The notes under the pieces were generated by a model, which had not been told where the DNA came from, did not search any database, and was given only the letters and a program-made list of their open reading frames with translations. From assembly GCA_963666055.2 (NCBI GenBank), contig CAXWPH010000012.1:224001-288000 (forward strand): 64,000 nucleotides of DNA. The letters are read 5' to 3'. A program made the translations under genes and the position numbers. Every line of letters begins with the position of its first letter. Position 1 is the stretch's first letter. Below are positions 19,180 through 28,321 of this stretch, piece by piece. The stretch is from Acidobacteriota bacterium. GTDB lineage: Bacteria; Acidobacteriota; UBA890; WLXD01.

Positions 19180-20252
19180 GGACACTGCAAGACCTCGGAC
19201 TCAGTGAAAAGATCCCGGTCTGCTTGCTGGGCGCGACCGGGAGCGTCGGCCAGCGGTTCGTAAGCCTGTTGGCAGAGCACCCCTGGTTCGACATCCGTGC
19301 GCTCATGGCCTCGGACCGATCTGCCGGCAAGAGCTACTCGGAGGCCACTAGCTGGGTTCAATCCGCTCCCCTGCCCGACCGCGTCGCCGGAATGATCGTG
19401 CAGCGGTGTGAGCCGCGCGAAGACTGTCCGCTGGCGTTCTCGTCGCTGGACTCGAGCGTCGCCGGCGACATCGAGAGCAGCTTCGCCGAGGCCGGCTCAC
19501 TGGTCGTGTCCAACGCCAAGAACCACCGCATGGACGCTGACGTGCCGCTGCTCGTACCCGAGGTCAACTCAGCGCACCTCGATCTGGCTCCTCTGCAACA
19601 ACATTCCGGTGCCATCATCACCAACCCCAACTGCTCGACCATCGGCGTTGTGCTGGCCTTGAAGCCATTGTTCGACGCCTTCGGTGTCGAGGCGTTCTCC
19701 GTGGTCACGCTACAGGCGGTCTCGGGCGCAGGGCTTCCCGGCGTATCGAGTCTGCAGATGCTCGACAACGTACTGCCGTACATCGACGGAGAGGAAAACA
19801 AGATCGAGACTGAATCCTGCAAGATCCTCGGAGTGCTGGAAGAAGGTGCGATCAATCCGGCGCCGATCATCGTTAGCGCCGCATGCAATCGCGTCGCGGT
19901 GATCGACGGACACACTTCCTGCGTCTCCGTCCGGCTGGCCAGCGAGGCGACGCACGACGACCTGCTGAGAGCTTGGGATCGCTTCAGCGCCGAGCCCCAG
20001 CAGCTCGGACTCCCTTCAGCACCGGCGCGCCCGGTGCACTATCTGACCGGGCGAGCCGATCCTCAACCGCGACTGCACCGAGATCTGGGGAAAGGCATGT
20101 CGGTGTCCGTGGGCCGCCTACGCGATTGCCCGGTTCTCGACTTCAAGTTCGTGGCTCTGTCACACAACACCGTACGGGGTGCCGCCGGTGGCGCGATCCT
20201 GGCCGCCGAGCTCGCCATCGCGCGCGGCCTCCTGCCAGACAGCTCTCGCTGA
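19176..20252 (+). CDS. asd: Aspartate-semialdehyde dehydrogenase (archaeal/fungal-type branch)
   Basis: GTGA overlap with thrA; 'LGATGSVGQRF', 'NPNCST', 'QAVSGAG', 'PQPRL' and 'HNTVRGAAG'. Confidence 0.93.
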   Translation: MRTLQDLGLSEKIPVCLLGATGSVGQRFVSLLAEHPWFDIRALMASDRSAGKSYSEATSWVQSAPLPDRVAGMIVQRCEPREDCPLAFSSLDSSVAGDIESSFAEAGSLVVSNAKNHRMDADVPLLVPEVNSAHLDLAPLQQHSGAIITNPNCSTIGVVLALKPLFDAFGVEAFSVVTLQAVSGAGLPGVSSLQMLDNVLPYIDGEENKIETESCKILGVLEEGAINPAPIIVSAACNRVAVIDGHTSCVSVRLASEATHDDLLRAWDRFSAEPQQLGLPSAPARPVHYLTGRADPQPRLHRDLGKGMSVSVGRLRDCPVLDFKFVALSHNTVRGAAGGAILAAELAIARGLLPDSSR

Positions 20253-20288
20253 CACGCGCCCGTGCTCGTCGCGCCGGATGTGCTTGTC

Positions 20289-21068
20289 TTATCTAAGCCT
20301 TCGCAGCTCGACCCTGCGAAACTCGACCGGGTGGCTCTCCGACTGTAGCGAGATCGATCCGCCGCTCAGCATGATGCCGCCGGCAGCAAGCTGCCGCGCC
20401 ACCGGGTCGCTTTCGTCCAGCTGCGGCTCCGAGTATTCAATCAGCACGTCGCCATCGATCAGATGCCTGACAAGGGCATTGCCCCGCACCTCGACCTCGA
20501 CCGTGACCCATTGATCGCCGTGGTACGTCTTGGAGATCGAGTTCGTGCAGTGCTGCGTCACCAGCTCGCCGTCCATGACAACGTGGGTGCCAGGTGTGCA
20601 CAGGTTTGCGGTGGGACGCTCCGTGGCTTCGTCGCCCCCCAGCAGTTGCACCTCGATCGACACCGGGAAGTCCGCGTCGCGCTGCATGCTTTCCGCAGGC
20701 TGCCCGTGGATCATGATGCCGCTGTTACGGATCGCCCAGTCTGGCCCCCCCGGAACCTGCTCCCCGACGAACCGGTATTCGACGCGAAGCACGTAGTTCG
20801 AGAACGACTCGGCAAAGAACAGGTGCCCGAAGCGTCCGTCGAAGGTGTCGTAGGCGTCGTAGACCACCTTCAGGATGCCGTTCTCCACCCGAAACGTATC
20901 GCCGAAGTTGTCGCCGAGCTCGTAGCCAGTGATCTTGGGAGTCCACCCAGTCAGGTCCGTACCGTTGAACAGCTGCATCCACTCCTGCGACTCGCCATCA
21001 TCGACCGGGAGCGCTGCAACGCTGGTCATGAGCGCTGCGGCGGCGCCGATCAACTTCCAGTTCTTCAC
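20289..21068 (-). CDS. DUF1080 (3-keto-disaccharide hydrolase-like) secreted protein
   Basis: GTG start after GGGAGG; 'LFNGTDLTGW', 'NSGIMIH' and 'ISLQSESHPVEFR'. Confidence 0.88.
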   Translation of the reverse strand: MKNWKLIGAAAALMTSVAALPVDDGESQEWMQLFNGTDLTGWTPKITGYELGDNFGDTFRVENGILKVVYDAYDTFDGRFGHLFFAESFSNYVLRVEYRFVGEQVPGGPDWAIRNSGIMIHGQPAESMQRDADFPVSIEVQLLGGDEATERPTANLCTPGTHVVMDGELVTQHCTNSISKTYHGDQWVTVEVEVRGNALVRHLIDGDVLIEYSEPQLDESDPVARQLAAGGIMLSGGSISLQSESHPVEFRRVELRRLR

Positions 21069-21136
21069 GTCTGCCTCCCTGCTGCGACAGGGTCTATTTG
21101 CGACAATACGGCGACCGAGGCGATCACACTGTAGTG

Positions 21137-22420
21137 CTACGGAGCGCGATATGACTCCGGCGCAGACCGCACGCGTAGGCGCATCAGCCACCAGGTGGCT
21201 CCAAGGCCGATCAGCGACGCGGCGGCGATGTAGGCGAAGAATAGCTGATAGGCGACTTGGTCAGGGTACGTTCTGATCAGGTAGCTGCTGACCTGCGGAA
21301 TGTAGATGTCCGAGGAGTAACCCACGATGGAAATGAACCCGATGGCGGTGCCGGTGAGATAGGTGGGAATGGGGCAGTCGTGCAACACCGCCCAGATCAG
21401 ACCCCGGACAGCGTAGACGAGGCTGCCGAACGGCACGACCAGCGCCCACAAGATCCAGGCTGCGTCGGGGCTCGTGTTCATCGTCGCCAGGAACACGCAG
21501 ATCGCCGCGCCGGCGACGAACAGCCACAGCAACGCCCGCGGGTTGGTTACCCGGTCGCCGACGACGCCACCGAATACGCCGCCGATCGGCCGCATCCACA
21601 CTCGCACCGTTCCGAGCGCCAGGGTCGCAGCCACCGTCATCCCGAACCCGGCACGCTCGCCGAAGCTCGGGAACTCGATGGCTGCCCAGAACAGGTGGAA
21701 GACCGCTGTCAACATGATGCACATCAGCCACACCGTTGGCTCACGGACGATCAGCAACACCTCCGACAGCTTGAAGCCGGCGGGCTCCTCGGCGACCGCA
21801 TCAGCGGAAGCCGTGCCGAACAGCATCCACAGTCCGATCCCGGCCGACAGCACCGCGTAGAAGCCGAACACCGCGGACATGCCCAGCGTCTGTGTGGCAA
21901 ACCAGCTGAACAGCACCGAGGCGATGGTCATGATGATCGCCTCGAGCAGCCCACGGGAGCCCTCCAGTAACCCGAACAGTCGCCCTTGCTCGTCGGCGCT
22001 GCCAAGCAATCGAACCTGCTTGAGCATCGCCGACCACAGGATTAGCACGCCGATGACACCCCACGCCGCATAGATCACCAGCAGCGACCGGTAGCCGGGG
22101 ATGGTGGCGACCCAAAAGAACGTCACCGCGCCGGTCAGCAGCGAGATAATCACCAGCCGCCGCGGCGCCACCTTGTCGGCCAGCCAGCCCCCCGGCAGGT
22201 AGCAGATCACACACGCCACCGCGTAGGTCGAGCTCAGGTTGCCCAACTGCGCCTCGGTAAGCTGGAAGACCTCCATCAGCGGCGACCTGAACAGCTGCCG
22301 AAGGTAGGGGGCGCTGTAGATAAACGACGCCGCCAGCGACAGCAACAGCACCTGAAGGTACTTGAGCGTCCGGGCGCTGTGGATGCGGTCGGCGGACTGA
22401 TCCGCGGGCTTAGATTCCAT
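21137..22420 (-). CDS. MFS transporter
   Basis: About 12 TM segments; 'GWLADKVAPRR' motif A; 'EQGRLFGLLEGSRG'. Confidence 0.9.
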   Translation of the reverse strand: MESKPADQSADRIHSARTLKYLQVLLLSLAASFIYSAPYLRQLFRSPLMEVFQLTEAQLGNLSSTYAVACVICYLPGGWLADKVAPRRLVIISLLTGAVTFFWVATIPGYRSLLVIYAAWGVIGVLILWSAMLKQVRLLGSADEQGRLFGLLEGSRGLLEAIIMTIASVLFSWFATQTLGMSAVFGFYAVLSAGIGLWMLFGTASADAVAEEPAGFKLSEVLLIVREPTVWLMCIMLTAVFHLFWAAIEFPSFGERAGFGMTVAATLALGTVRVWMRPIGGVFGGVVGDRVTNPRALLWLFVAGAAICVFLATMNTSPDAAWILWALVVPFGSLVYAVRGLIWAVLHDCPIPTYLTGTAIGFISIVGYSSDIYIPQVSSYLIRTYPDQVAYQLFFAYIAAASLIGLGATWWLMRLRVRSAPESYRAP

Positions 22421-22424
22421 GGTT

Positions 22425-22481
22425 CTAATTGAGTGGCTCCGGGTTACCGACCACAAAGGTCTTGGCGTCGACGATCTTCAT
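22425..22481 (-). pseudogene. 18-codon stub resembling the N-terminus of a mandelate racemase/galactonate dehydratase (enolase superfamily) gene
   Basis: Minus-strand mini-ORF MKIVDAKTFVVGNPEPLN* whose stop lies 4 bp before the MFS ATG. Confidence 0.5.
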
Positions 22482-22552
22482 GGGCAGATCGTCTCGTGCG
22501 CCTTCCTTAGAGCCGGCTCACGACCAGACGGTCGCTTACCGCGGTCGTTGAA

Positions 22553-24001
22553 CTAGTACCTGGCCTTCTCGGCATAGAAACCGTTGATCACCTTCGTCTC
22601 GAGAAACTCCTCGAGCCCGTGCCCTCCCCATTCGCGGCCGTTGCCCGACTGCTTGTAGCCGCCGAACGGGGAGTCGTAGTCCTGCGCGTTGCCGTTGAGG
22701 TACACGCTTCCGGCCTTGAGCCGCCGGGCGACCCGACGAGCACGCTCCCAGTCCTGCGTGTGAACGTAGGCGCCGAGACCGTACGGCGTATCGTTGGCGA
22801 TGTGGATCGCCTCCTCCTCGTCGGCGAACGGGATCACGCAGAGCACCGGGCCGAAGATCTCTTCCCGGGCGATGGTCATCTGGTTGTTGACGCCCACGAA
22901 GATCGTCGGCTTGACGAAGTACCCGGTGTCGTAGCCGTCTGGCTTGCCTGGACCGCCCAGCACCAACTCTGCCCCCTCGTCGAGTCCGGTGTTGATCAAG
23001 CGCTGCACCTTGTCGAACTGTGTCTTGGACACCAGCGGTCCAATGTGGGACCCACTCTCGGTGGGGTCGCCAACCTCGACGCCCTCGCCTACTCGAACTG
23101 CGGTCTGCACCGCCTGCTCATAGACGCTCTCGTGAACCAGCATGCGAGTCGGGGCGTTGCACGACTGCCCGGTGTTCTCGAAGCAGTGCAGCACGCCCTT
23201 GCGCACCGCCCCCTCGAGGTCGGCGTCCTCGAAGATCACGTTGGGCGACTTACCGCCGAGCTCCTGTAGCACCCGCTTGACGCTGTCGGCAGCGGCCTTG
23301 GCGACGGCGGTCCCGGCGCGCGTCGAACCGGTGAGCGACACCAGGTCGACATCGGGATGCTCGGCAAGCCGGGCACCCACTACCGGACCCTCCCCGTGCA
23401 CCATGTTGAACACGCCGGGCGGCACGCCGACCTCATCGACGAACTCGGCAAACAAATGCGCTGACAGCGGTGACAGCTCACTGGGCTTGAGCACCATCGT
23501 GCAACCGGCCAGCAGCGCCGGCGCCACCTTGCAGGCCAGCTGGTTGATCGGCCAGTTCCAGGGAATGATCAATCCACAAACGCCGATCGGCTCGAGCACG
23601 ACGTTGCCGCTGCGCCCGGACTTGTGCTCCAGCGACAAATCCTGCAGGGCGGCAATCGTAGCCTCGAAGTGTCCCGGGCCGCAGGCTGCCTGCGACCGGT
23701 AGCTCAGGTCATGCGGCGACCCCATCTCGGCGATGATGGCGTCGACCATCTCGTCGTACCGACGCTTGAACACCGCGACGATCTGCTCGGCGAGCTCGAC
23801 TCGCTCTGCCACCGAGCTGGTCGAGTAGCTCTCGAAGGCCACTCGGGCTGCTGTGACGGCACGGTCGATGTCCGCCGCGCTCCCCATGTAGATCTCGGCA
23901 ATCGTCTCTTCGGTGGCGGGATTGATCACCGGGGCGGTCACTGCGTCACCCTCAGGTGTCGTCCACTGCCCGTCGATGTAGAAGCCCAGAGGCTCACCCA
24001 T
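22553..24001 (-). CDS. NAD-dependent aldehyde dehydrogenase
   Basis: 'PWNWP', 'LTGST', 'ELGGKSP', 'GQSCNAP' and 'EEIFGPV'. Confidence 0.95.
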   Translation of the reverse strand: MGEPLGFYIDGQWTTPEGDAVTAPVINPATEETIAEIYMGSAADIDRAVTAARVAFESYSTSSVAERVELAEQIVAVFKRRYDEMVDAIIAEMGSPHDLSYRSQAACGPGHFEATIAALQDLSLEHKSGRSGNVVLEPIGVCGLIIPWNWPINQLACKVAPALLAGCTMVLKPSELSPLSAHLFAEFVDEVGVPPGVFNMVHGEGPVVGARLAEHPDVDLVSLTGSTRAGTAVAKAAADSVKRVLQELGGKSPNVIFEDADLEGAVRKGVLHCFENTGQSCNAPTRMLVHESVYEQAVQTAVRVGEGVEVGDPTESGSHIGPLVSKTQFDKVQRLINTGLDEGAELVLGGPGKPDGYDTGYFVKPTIFVGVNNQMTIAREEIFGPVLCVIPFADEEEAIHIANDTPYGLGAYVHTQDWERARRVARRLKAGSVYLNGNAQDYDSPFGGYKQSGNGREWGGHGLEEFLETKVINGFYAEKARY

Positions 24002-24060
24002 CAGCGTTTCTCCACTTGTTCAGAACCAGATAGGCAACCTATAGCACACTCCGACGCGAC

Positions 24061-24091
24061 CGCCACACTTCCACCACGGCCTGCTAGTGTC
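24061..24091 (+). repeat. Solo remnant of the MITE terminal repeat
   Basis: 24063-24087 CCACACTTCCACCACGGCCTGCTAG matches the MITE right end at 24 of 25 positions. Confidence 0.75.
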
Positions 24092-24129
24092 GTGTAACAG
24101 AGGTTTAGCTGCTACCCGTGGAGAACATC

Positions 24130-24600
24130 ATGCCAAGACATATCCTGGCGATCTTCGCCGGTGCGCTGTGCACCGCCCTCGCTTGCGTTGGCTCCGTTCA
24201 TGCCCAGTTCCCCAACCCGTTGAACGCCTTGAACGCCGGCACGGTGAGCGCACTCTTCGACGGCCGGAGTTTCTCTACGAACCCCAGCTTCGCCATGATG
24301 GACGGCGACAAGCTAATCATCACCAGCCTCAGCAACGTTGTGCAGATCCAGGTGGAAAATGCCGCCGTGGATGACTTCGAGATCCAGCTGAACGCCAACG
24401 GGAGTGCCGGCGACACGATGCTCGCCTTCCAGCCACAGAACGGCGTCTACATCGTTGCGATTGCCGGTACGTTCACCATCGACACCCTGACGAGCAGCGG
24501 GGTCAGCGGGAGCTTCGAGCTCACCGGCAGCAACGAGAACACCGAAGAGACCTTGCAGATCACCGCCGGTAGCTTCGAAGTCAAGTTCATCGGCGGGTGA
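24130..24600 (+). CDS. Hypothetical secreted beta-rich protein
   Basis: GGAGA RBS; signal peptide ending VHA; 'GTFTID...VSGSFEL...ITAGSFEV' pattern. Confidence 0.75.
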   Translation: MPRHILAIFAGALCTALACVGSVHAQFPNPLNALNAGTVSALFDGRSFSTNPSFAMMDGDKLIITSLSNVVQIQVENAAVDDFEIQLNANGSAGDTMLAFQPQNGVYIVAIAGTFTIDTLTSSGVSGSFELTGSNENTEETLQITAGSFEVKFIGG

Positions 24601-24713
24601 ATCGGGACGGGAAGACGCTCGCCGGGCCCGATCGCGCCCGAGCCCATCATGTCCGTCCGTTGGCGAGCCACCTGCGCCTGTGTTTCGGAGCGCTCCTAGC
24701 CTGAGGAGTTGCG

Positions 24714-26003
24714 GTGGACAATCGCAAGACCATCGCCTTCTTTCCCGAGGCTGCTTTCGGACCTGCGCTGAACTCGGTGGGCATTGCCCAACAGTGCCGC
24801 GAGCTCGGGCACCGTGCGGTGTTCCTGTGCGATCCGGGGTTCGCCGGTGTGTTCGAAGGCTACGGCTTCGAGGAACGGACGATCAACATGTCCAAGCCCA
24901 TGGCGACGGAGGAGATGACGCGCTACTGGTCCGATTTCATCAACGGTCAACTTCCGAACTTCGGAAAGTCGCCGTACGACCAGATCGACAACTATGTGAA
25001 GGACTGCTGGGCGGCAATCGTCGATACGGCAATTTGGGCCGAAAAGGAGTTACCCATGGCCCTCGGCGAGCTGCGGCCCGACCTCGTGTGCGTCGACAAC
25101 GTCATCCTCTTCCCAGCCATCAAGCGCTTCGCTGCGCCGTGGGTGCGCATTATCTCGTGTAGTGAAAACGAGATTCCGGATCCGGACTTGCCACCGCACC
25201 TGTCGGGATGCGGCGCGTCCGACCGGGAGTGTGCGGCACGCTACACGAAGCGTTTCAACGACGTCATCGCTCCGATCCACCGACGCTTCAACGCCTTCCT
25301 GCACGAGTGTGGCGAAAAGCCCTATGCGCTCGGCGAGTTCTTCGAGCCATCGCCGTTCCTGAACCTGTTGCTTTACCCCGAGGCGGTGAGGTTCGTGCGG
25401 CGTGTTCCGCTTGATCCGCTGCGGTTCCAGTATTTGGAGGGCTGCGTCCGGCAGGAGGAAGGCTATGACATGCCGGTGTTCGAGGCCCACAACGAGGGAC
25501 CGCTGGTGTACGTCAGCTTCGGCAGCCTCGGCGCCGGCGATACCGCGCTACTGGAACGCATCATCGGCGTTCTCGGCAAGCTACCGTATCGGGCGCTGGT
25601 CAACGTCGGTGACTACCTTGAGCGCTCCGAAGCTCCGCCGCCGAACGTGCGCCTGGCGTCGTGGTTTCCGCAGCCGTCGGTGATCGCGCAGGCCGACGTG
25701 GTCATCCACCATGGTGGCAACAACAGCTTCACGGAGTGCCTGTACTTCGGCAAGCCAGCGCTCGTTCTCCCCTTCGTGTGGGACGGTCACGACAACGCCA
25801 CTCGCGTCCAGGAAACCGGACACGGCCTCAAAATGCATCGATCGGAATGGACCGATGTCGAGCTCGCAGCAGCCCTGACGACGCTGCTGGACGATCAGCC
25901 CATGCGCACCAGACTGATGACCGCCAGCGCACAGATGCGGGCACAGAACGGCCCGAGGCGCGCTGCCGAGCTGCTCGAGACGCTGCTACGAGCGAGCCCC
26001 TAG
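24714..26003 (+). CDS. GT1 (MGT/UDP-glycosyltransferase-like) glycosyltransferase
   Basis: 'VYVSFGSLG', 'WFPQPSVI', 'IHHGGNNS' and 'PFVWDGHDNA'. Confidence 0.9.
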   Translation: MDNRKTIAFFPEAAFGPALNSVGIAQQCRELGHRAVFLCDPGFAGVFEGYGFEERTINMSKPMATEEMTRYWSDFINGQLPNFGKSPYDQIDNYVKDCWAAIVDTAIWAEKELPMALGELRPDLVCVDNVILFPAIKRFAAPWVRIISCSENEIPDPDLPPHLSGCGASDRECAARYTKRFNDVIAPIHRRFNAFLHECGEKPYALGEFFEPSPFLNLLLYPEAVRFVRRVPLDPLRFQYLEGCVRQEEGYDMPVFEAHNEGPLVYVSFGSLGAGDTALLERIIGVLGKLPYRALVNVGDYLERSEAPPPNVRLASWFPQPSVIAQADVVIHHGGNNSFTECLYFGKPALVLPFVWDGHDNATRVQETGHGLKMHRSEWTDVELAAALTTLLDDQPMRTRLMTASAQMRAQNGPRRAAELLETLLRASP

Positions 26004-27509
26004 CTCTTCCTTACGCTTGGTGACATAGGCGCAGAGCTCCTCGTCGATCGCCGAATCCAGCGGCGGCTGTTCGTACTCTTGCAACAGCTGCTTCCAGATG
26101 CCGTTGGCGCGGGCGCGCGTAGCGACGGACCCGGCCTCCTCCCAGGTCTCGTAGTTGCGCCAGTCGGAAAGCATCGGTGAGTAGAAGGCGGTCTCGTAGC
26201 GCTCCAAGGTGTGCGGGGAGCCGAAGAAATGTCCCCCTGGGCCGACTTCCCGTATCGCGTCGAACGCCAGCGTGTCCTCGTTGACCTCGATCGGGCGGAG
26301 GTACTCCGCCAACATCTGCAACATCTCGGCGTCGATGATCAGCTTCTCGAACGAGGCCGTCAGCCCGCCCTCGATCCAACCGGCGGCGTGCTCCACCAGG
26401 TTCGTGTGCGCCAAGACGGCGCCCCATAGCGACATCGAGCTCTCGTACACCGCCTGCTCGTCGACGGTAGGCGACGCGGTGGTGTTGCTGGAGCGGAACG
26501 GCAGGTTGTGGCGGCGCGCCAGCTGACCGCTGGCGTGCGCTGCCTTGGTGTACTCGGGTGTGCCGAAGGCCGGAGAGCCCGAGCGCATGTCGACGTTCGA
26601 GGTGAAGGCTCCATACACCGACGGCGTCCCCGGATTGACGATCTGTGTGAAGGCGATACCCATCAGCGCCTCGGCGTTCTGCAGCGTCATCGTACCGGCA
26701 AGCGTTGCCGGCCCCATGGCTCCGGCCAGCGAGAACGGTGTGACACAGACCGACTGCCCAGCCCGCGCCATCGCGATGGTGCCCTCGGCCATCGGAATGT
26801 CGAACTGCAGCGGTGTGTTGGTGTTGATGATCGACAGCAGCGCCGGACGCCGCATCAGCCCTGCACGGTCAACACCGAGGCCGATGCACGCCATCTCAAT
26901 AGCGTCCTCGGCGCGCTCCCGGCCAAGCGCCTGTGGCTGCCAAGTCTTGTCGAGCAGCCGGGCCTGCGCCAGGTACAGATCGAGGTGACGCGTTTCTGGG
27001 TGTAGATCCATCGCCTCGAACGGGCCACCGCCCTCCTGGTGAACGATGTTGAGGCTCTGGACGAGGCGCAGATAGTCGCACTGCTCCTCGTAAGTACCGG
27101 TGCGGCGGCCGCCATCCAGGTCGTTGCAAAATGCCGGGCCGCCGACGGAGGTAAACACGATGTTGCGGCCGCCGATCTTGACGTGACGATCGGGGTTGCG
27201 GGCGTGGAGAATGAACTCCGACGGCGCCAGCTTCACCTTCTCTTCGATGAACGCCGGATCAAAACGCACCATCTGGGCCGCCTCGTCGACGTCTGCTCCA
27301 GCCTCGCAAAGCAGGCTGCGAGCTTCGCCCTGAAGCACGCGGACGCCGATTTCCTGGAGCAACCTCAGCGATGCAAGGTGGATGGCCTCCACCTGATCGT
27401 CGCTGAGCACCTCCATCGGCGCATACGGGTTGACCACCTCGCGCCACGGCAGCTGACGCACACCAACCTGGGAACGCCGCTTCCGAGCCCGGCCCCTCCG
27501 TCTCGCCAT
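25986..27509 (-). CDS. Trimethylamine methyltransferase (MttB) superfamily, non-pyrrolysine member
   Basis: 'NTNTPL', 'GAMGPATLAG', 'NVDMRSGSPAFGTPE', 'HAAGWIEGGL' and 'GPGGHF'; no in-frame TAG. Confidence 0.92.
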   Translation of the reverse strand: MARRRGRARKRRSQVGVRQLPWREVVNPYAPMEVLSDDQVEAIHLASLRLLQEIGVRVLQGEARSLLCEAGADVDEAAQMVRFDPAFIEEKVKLAPSEFILHARNPDRHVKIGGRNIVFTSVGGPAFCNDLDGGRRTGTYEEQCDYLRLVQSLNIVHQEGGGPFEAMDLHPETRHLDLYLAQARLLDKTWQPQALGRERAEDAIEMACIGLGVDRAGLMRRPALLSIINTNTPLQFDIPMAEGTIAMARAGQSVCVTPFSLAGAMGPATLAGTMTLQNAEALMGIAFTQIVNPGTPSVYGAFTSNVDMRSGSPAFGTPEYTKAAHASGQLARRHNLPFRSSNTTASPTVDEQAVYESSMSLWGAVLAHTNLVEHAAGWIEGGLTASFEKLIIDAEMLQMLAEYLRPIEVNEDTLAFDAIREVGPGGHFFGSPHTLERYETAFYSPMLSDWRNYETWEEAGSVATRARANGIWKQLLQEYEQPPLDSAIDEELCAYVTKRKEELGARS

Positions 27510-27705
27510 CAACCACTCCACTCTTCGGTACTTTGGATCGCCTGCCATTCTACCAAGTCGATCTAACGTAATTGTTTGTAACAAGTTGTCTCAGTTGCCG
27601 CAGCCTGAAACATTGCATCGTACTCGCCGGCGCGATTGGTATTAGACTGCCCGACTGCAGTTTTCCCGCGTCGGGCCGACTCCCCTGTGCGCTTCTCATC
27701 GCGCC

Positions 27706-27728
27706 CGGTCGTTGTTCACAATCGACCG
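27706..27728. promoter_or_regulatory. Inverted repeat with TTGT-N2-ACAA core, possible operator
   Basis: CGGTCG-TTGTTCACAA-T-CGACCG in a divergent intergenic region; related TTGTAACAA at 27576-27584. Confidence 0.3.
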
Positions 27729-27759
27729 TGGGTAGTTGTGGGCGAGTGAGCCTCGAGCG

Positions 27760-28038
27760 CTAGCAGGCCGTGGTGAAAGTGTGGTGGGTCTGGCGACAGG
27801 GTCTTGCGAAGTGGAGGCAAGGAGAGAGGAGGAGGCGATGGGTACCCCATCGTTGACAAGGAACGACGCAGCATGCGCGCGCAACCCCCTGTCGCCCGAA
27901 GGGTTACGACGATTTGGGGCCATCTGTAGCGTTGGCCTTCCTCGACGATGGCTAGGGCATCGCCTGTGTCAGGCTGCCTTCCATCTGGCCCCAACTCGCC
28001 GTAACCAGACCCACCACACTTTCACCACGGCCTGCTAG
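27760..28038. mobile_element. 279-bp MITE-like element, copy 1
   Basis: Perfect 34-bp terminal inverted repeats CTAGCAGGCCGTGGTGAAAGTGTGGTGGGTCTGG; near-identical copy at 52823-53101; no transposase. Confidence 0.88.
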
Positions 28039-28052
28039 GAGCGACTCCGCGA

Positions 28053-28304
28053 GTGAGCCTTACGACCGGCGATCAAAGCCGCTACCGAGAATTCCGCTCG
28101 CACTATTTGCCGCGTACCGCCAAGGGGCGCGGTGCCGTGTTGCTCTACATCGGCGCGTTCGCGTTCGCCGAGTGGCCGCTGCTACCGCTGGCAAATCGAA
28201 TCGAACCGACAGTACTAGGGTTCCCGTTCTTGTTCGCTTATCTGTCGGTTGTCTATGCCGCCAAGTTGGCAGTGCTGATCTACGCGGCACGTCAACAACT
28301 GTGA
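28053..28304 (+). CDS. Small two-TM partner protein of a sodium:solute symporter (DUF3311-like)
   Basis: 'LANRIEPTVLGFPFLF' motif, directly upstream of an SSS gene. Confidence 0.8.
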   Translation: MSLTTGDQSRYREFRSHYLPRTAKGRGAVLLYIGAFAFAEWPLLPLANRIEPTVLGFPFLFAYLSVVYAAKLAVLIYAARQQL

Positions 28305-28321
28305 GCCGAGGGGGCTGAGCG

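Noticed and set aside
25986-27509. Pyrrolysine recoding in MttB
   Set aside because: No in-frame TAG and no pyl genes; TAG is used widely as a normal stop.
27736-28038. 100-aa ORF (and its twin within 52646-53101) spanning the repeat
   Set aside because: Lies almost entirely in the MITE, has no recognisable domain or RBS, and its stop is the TIR's CTAG; not a transposase.
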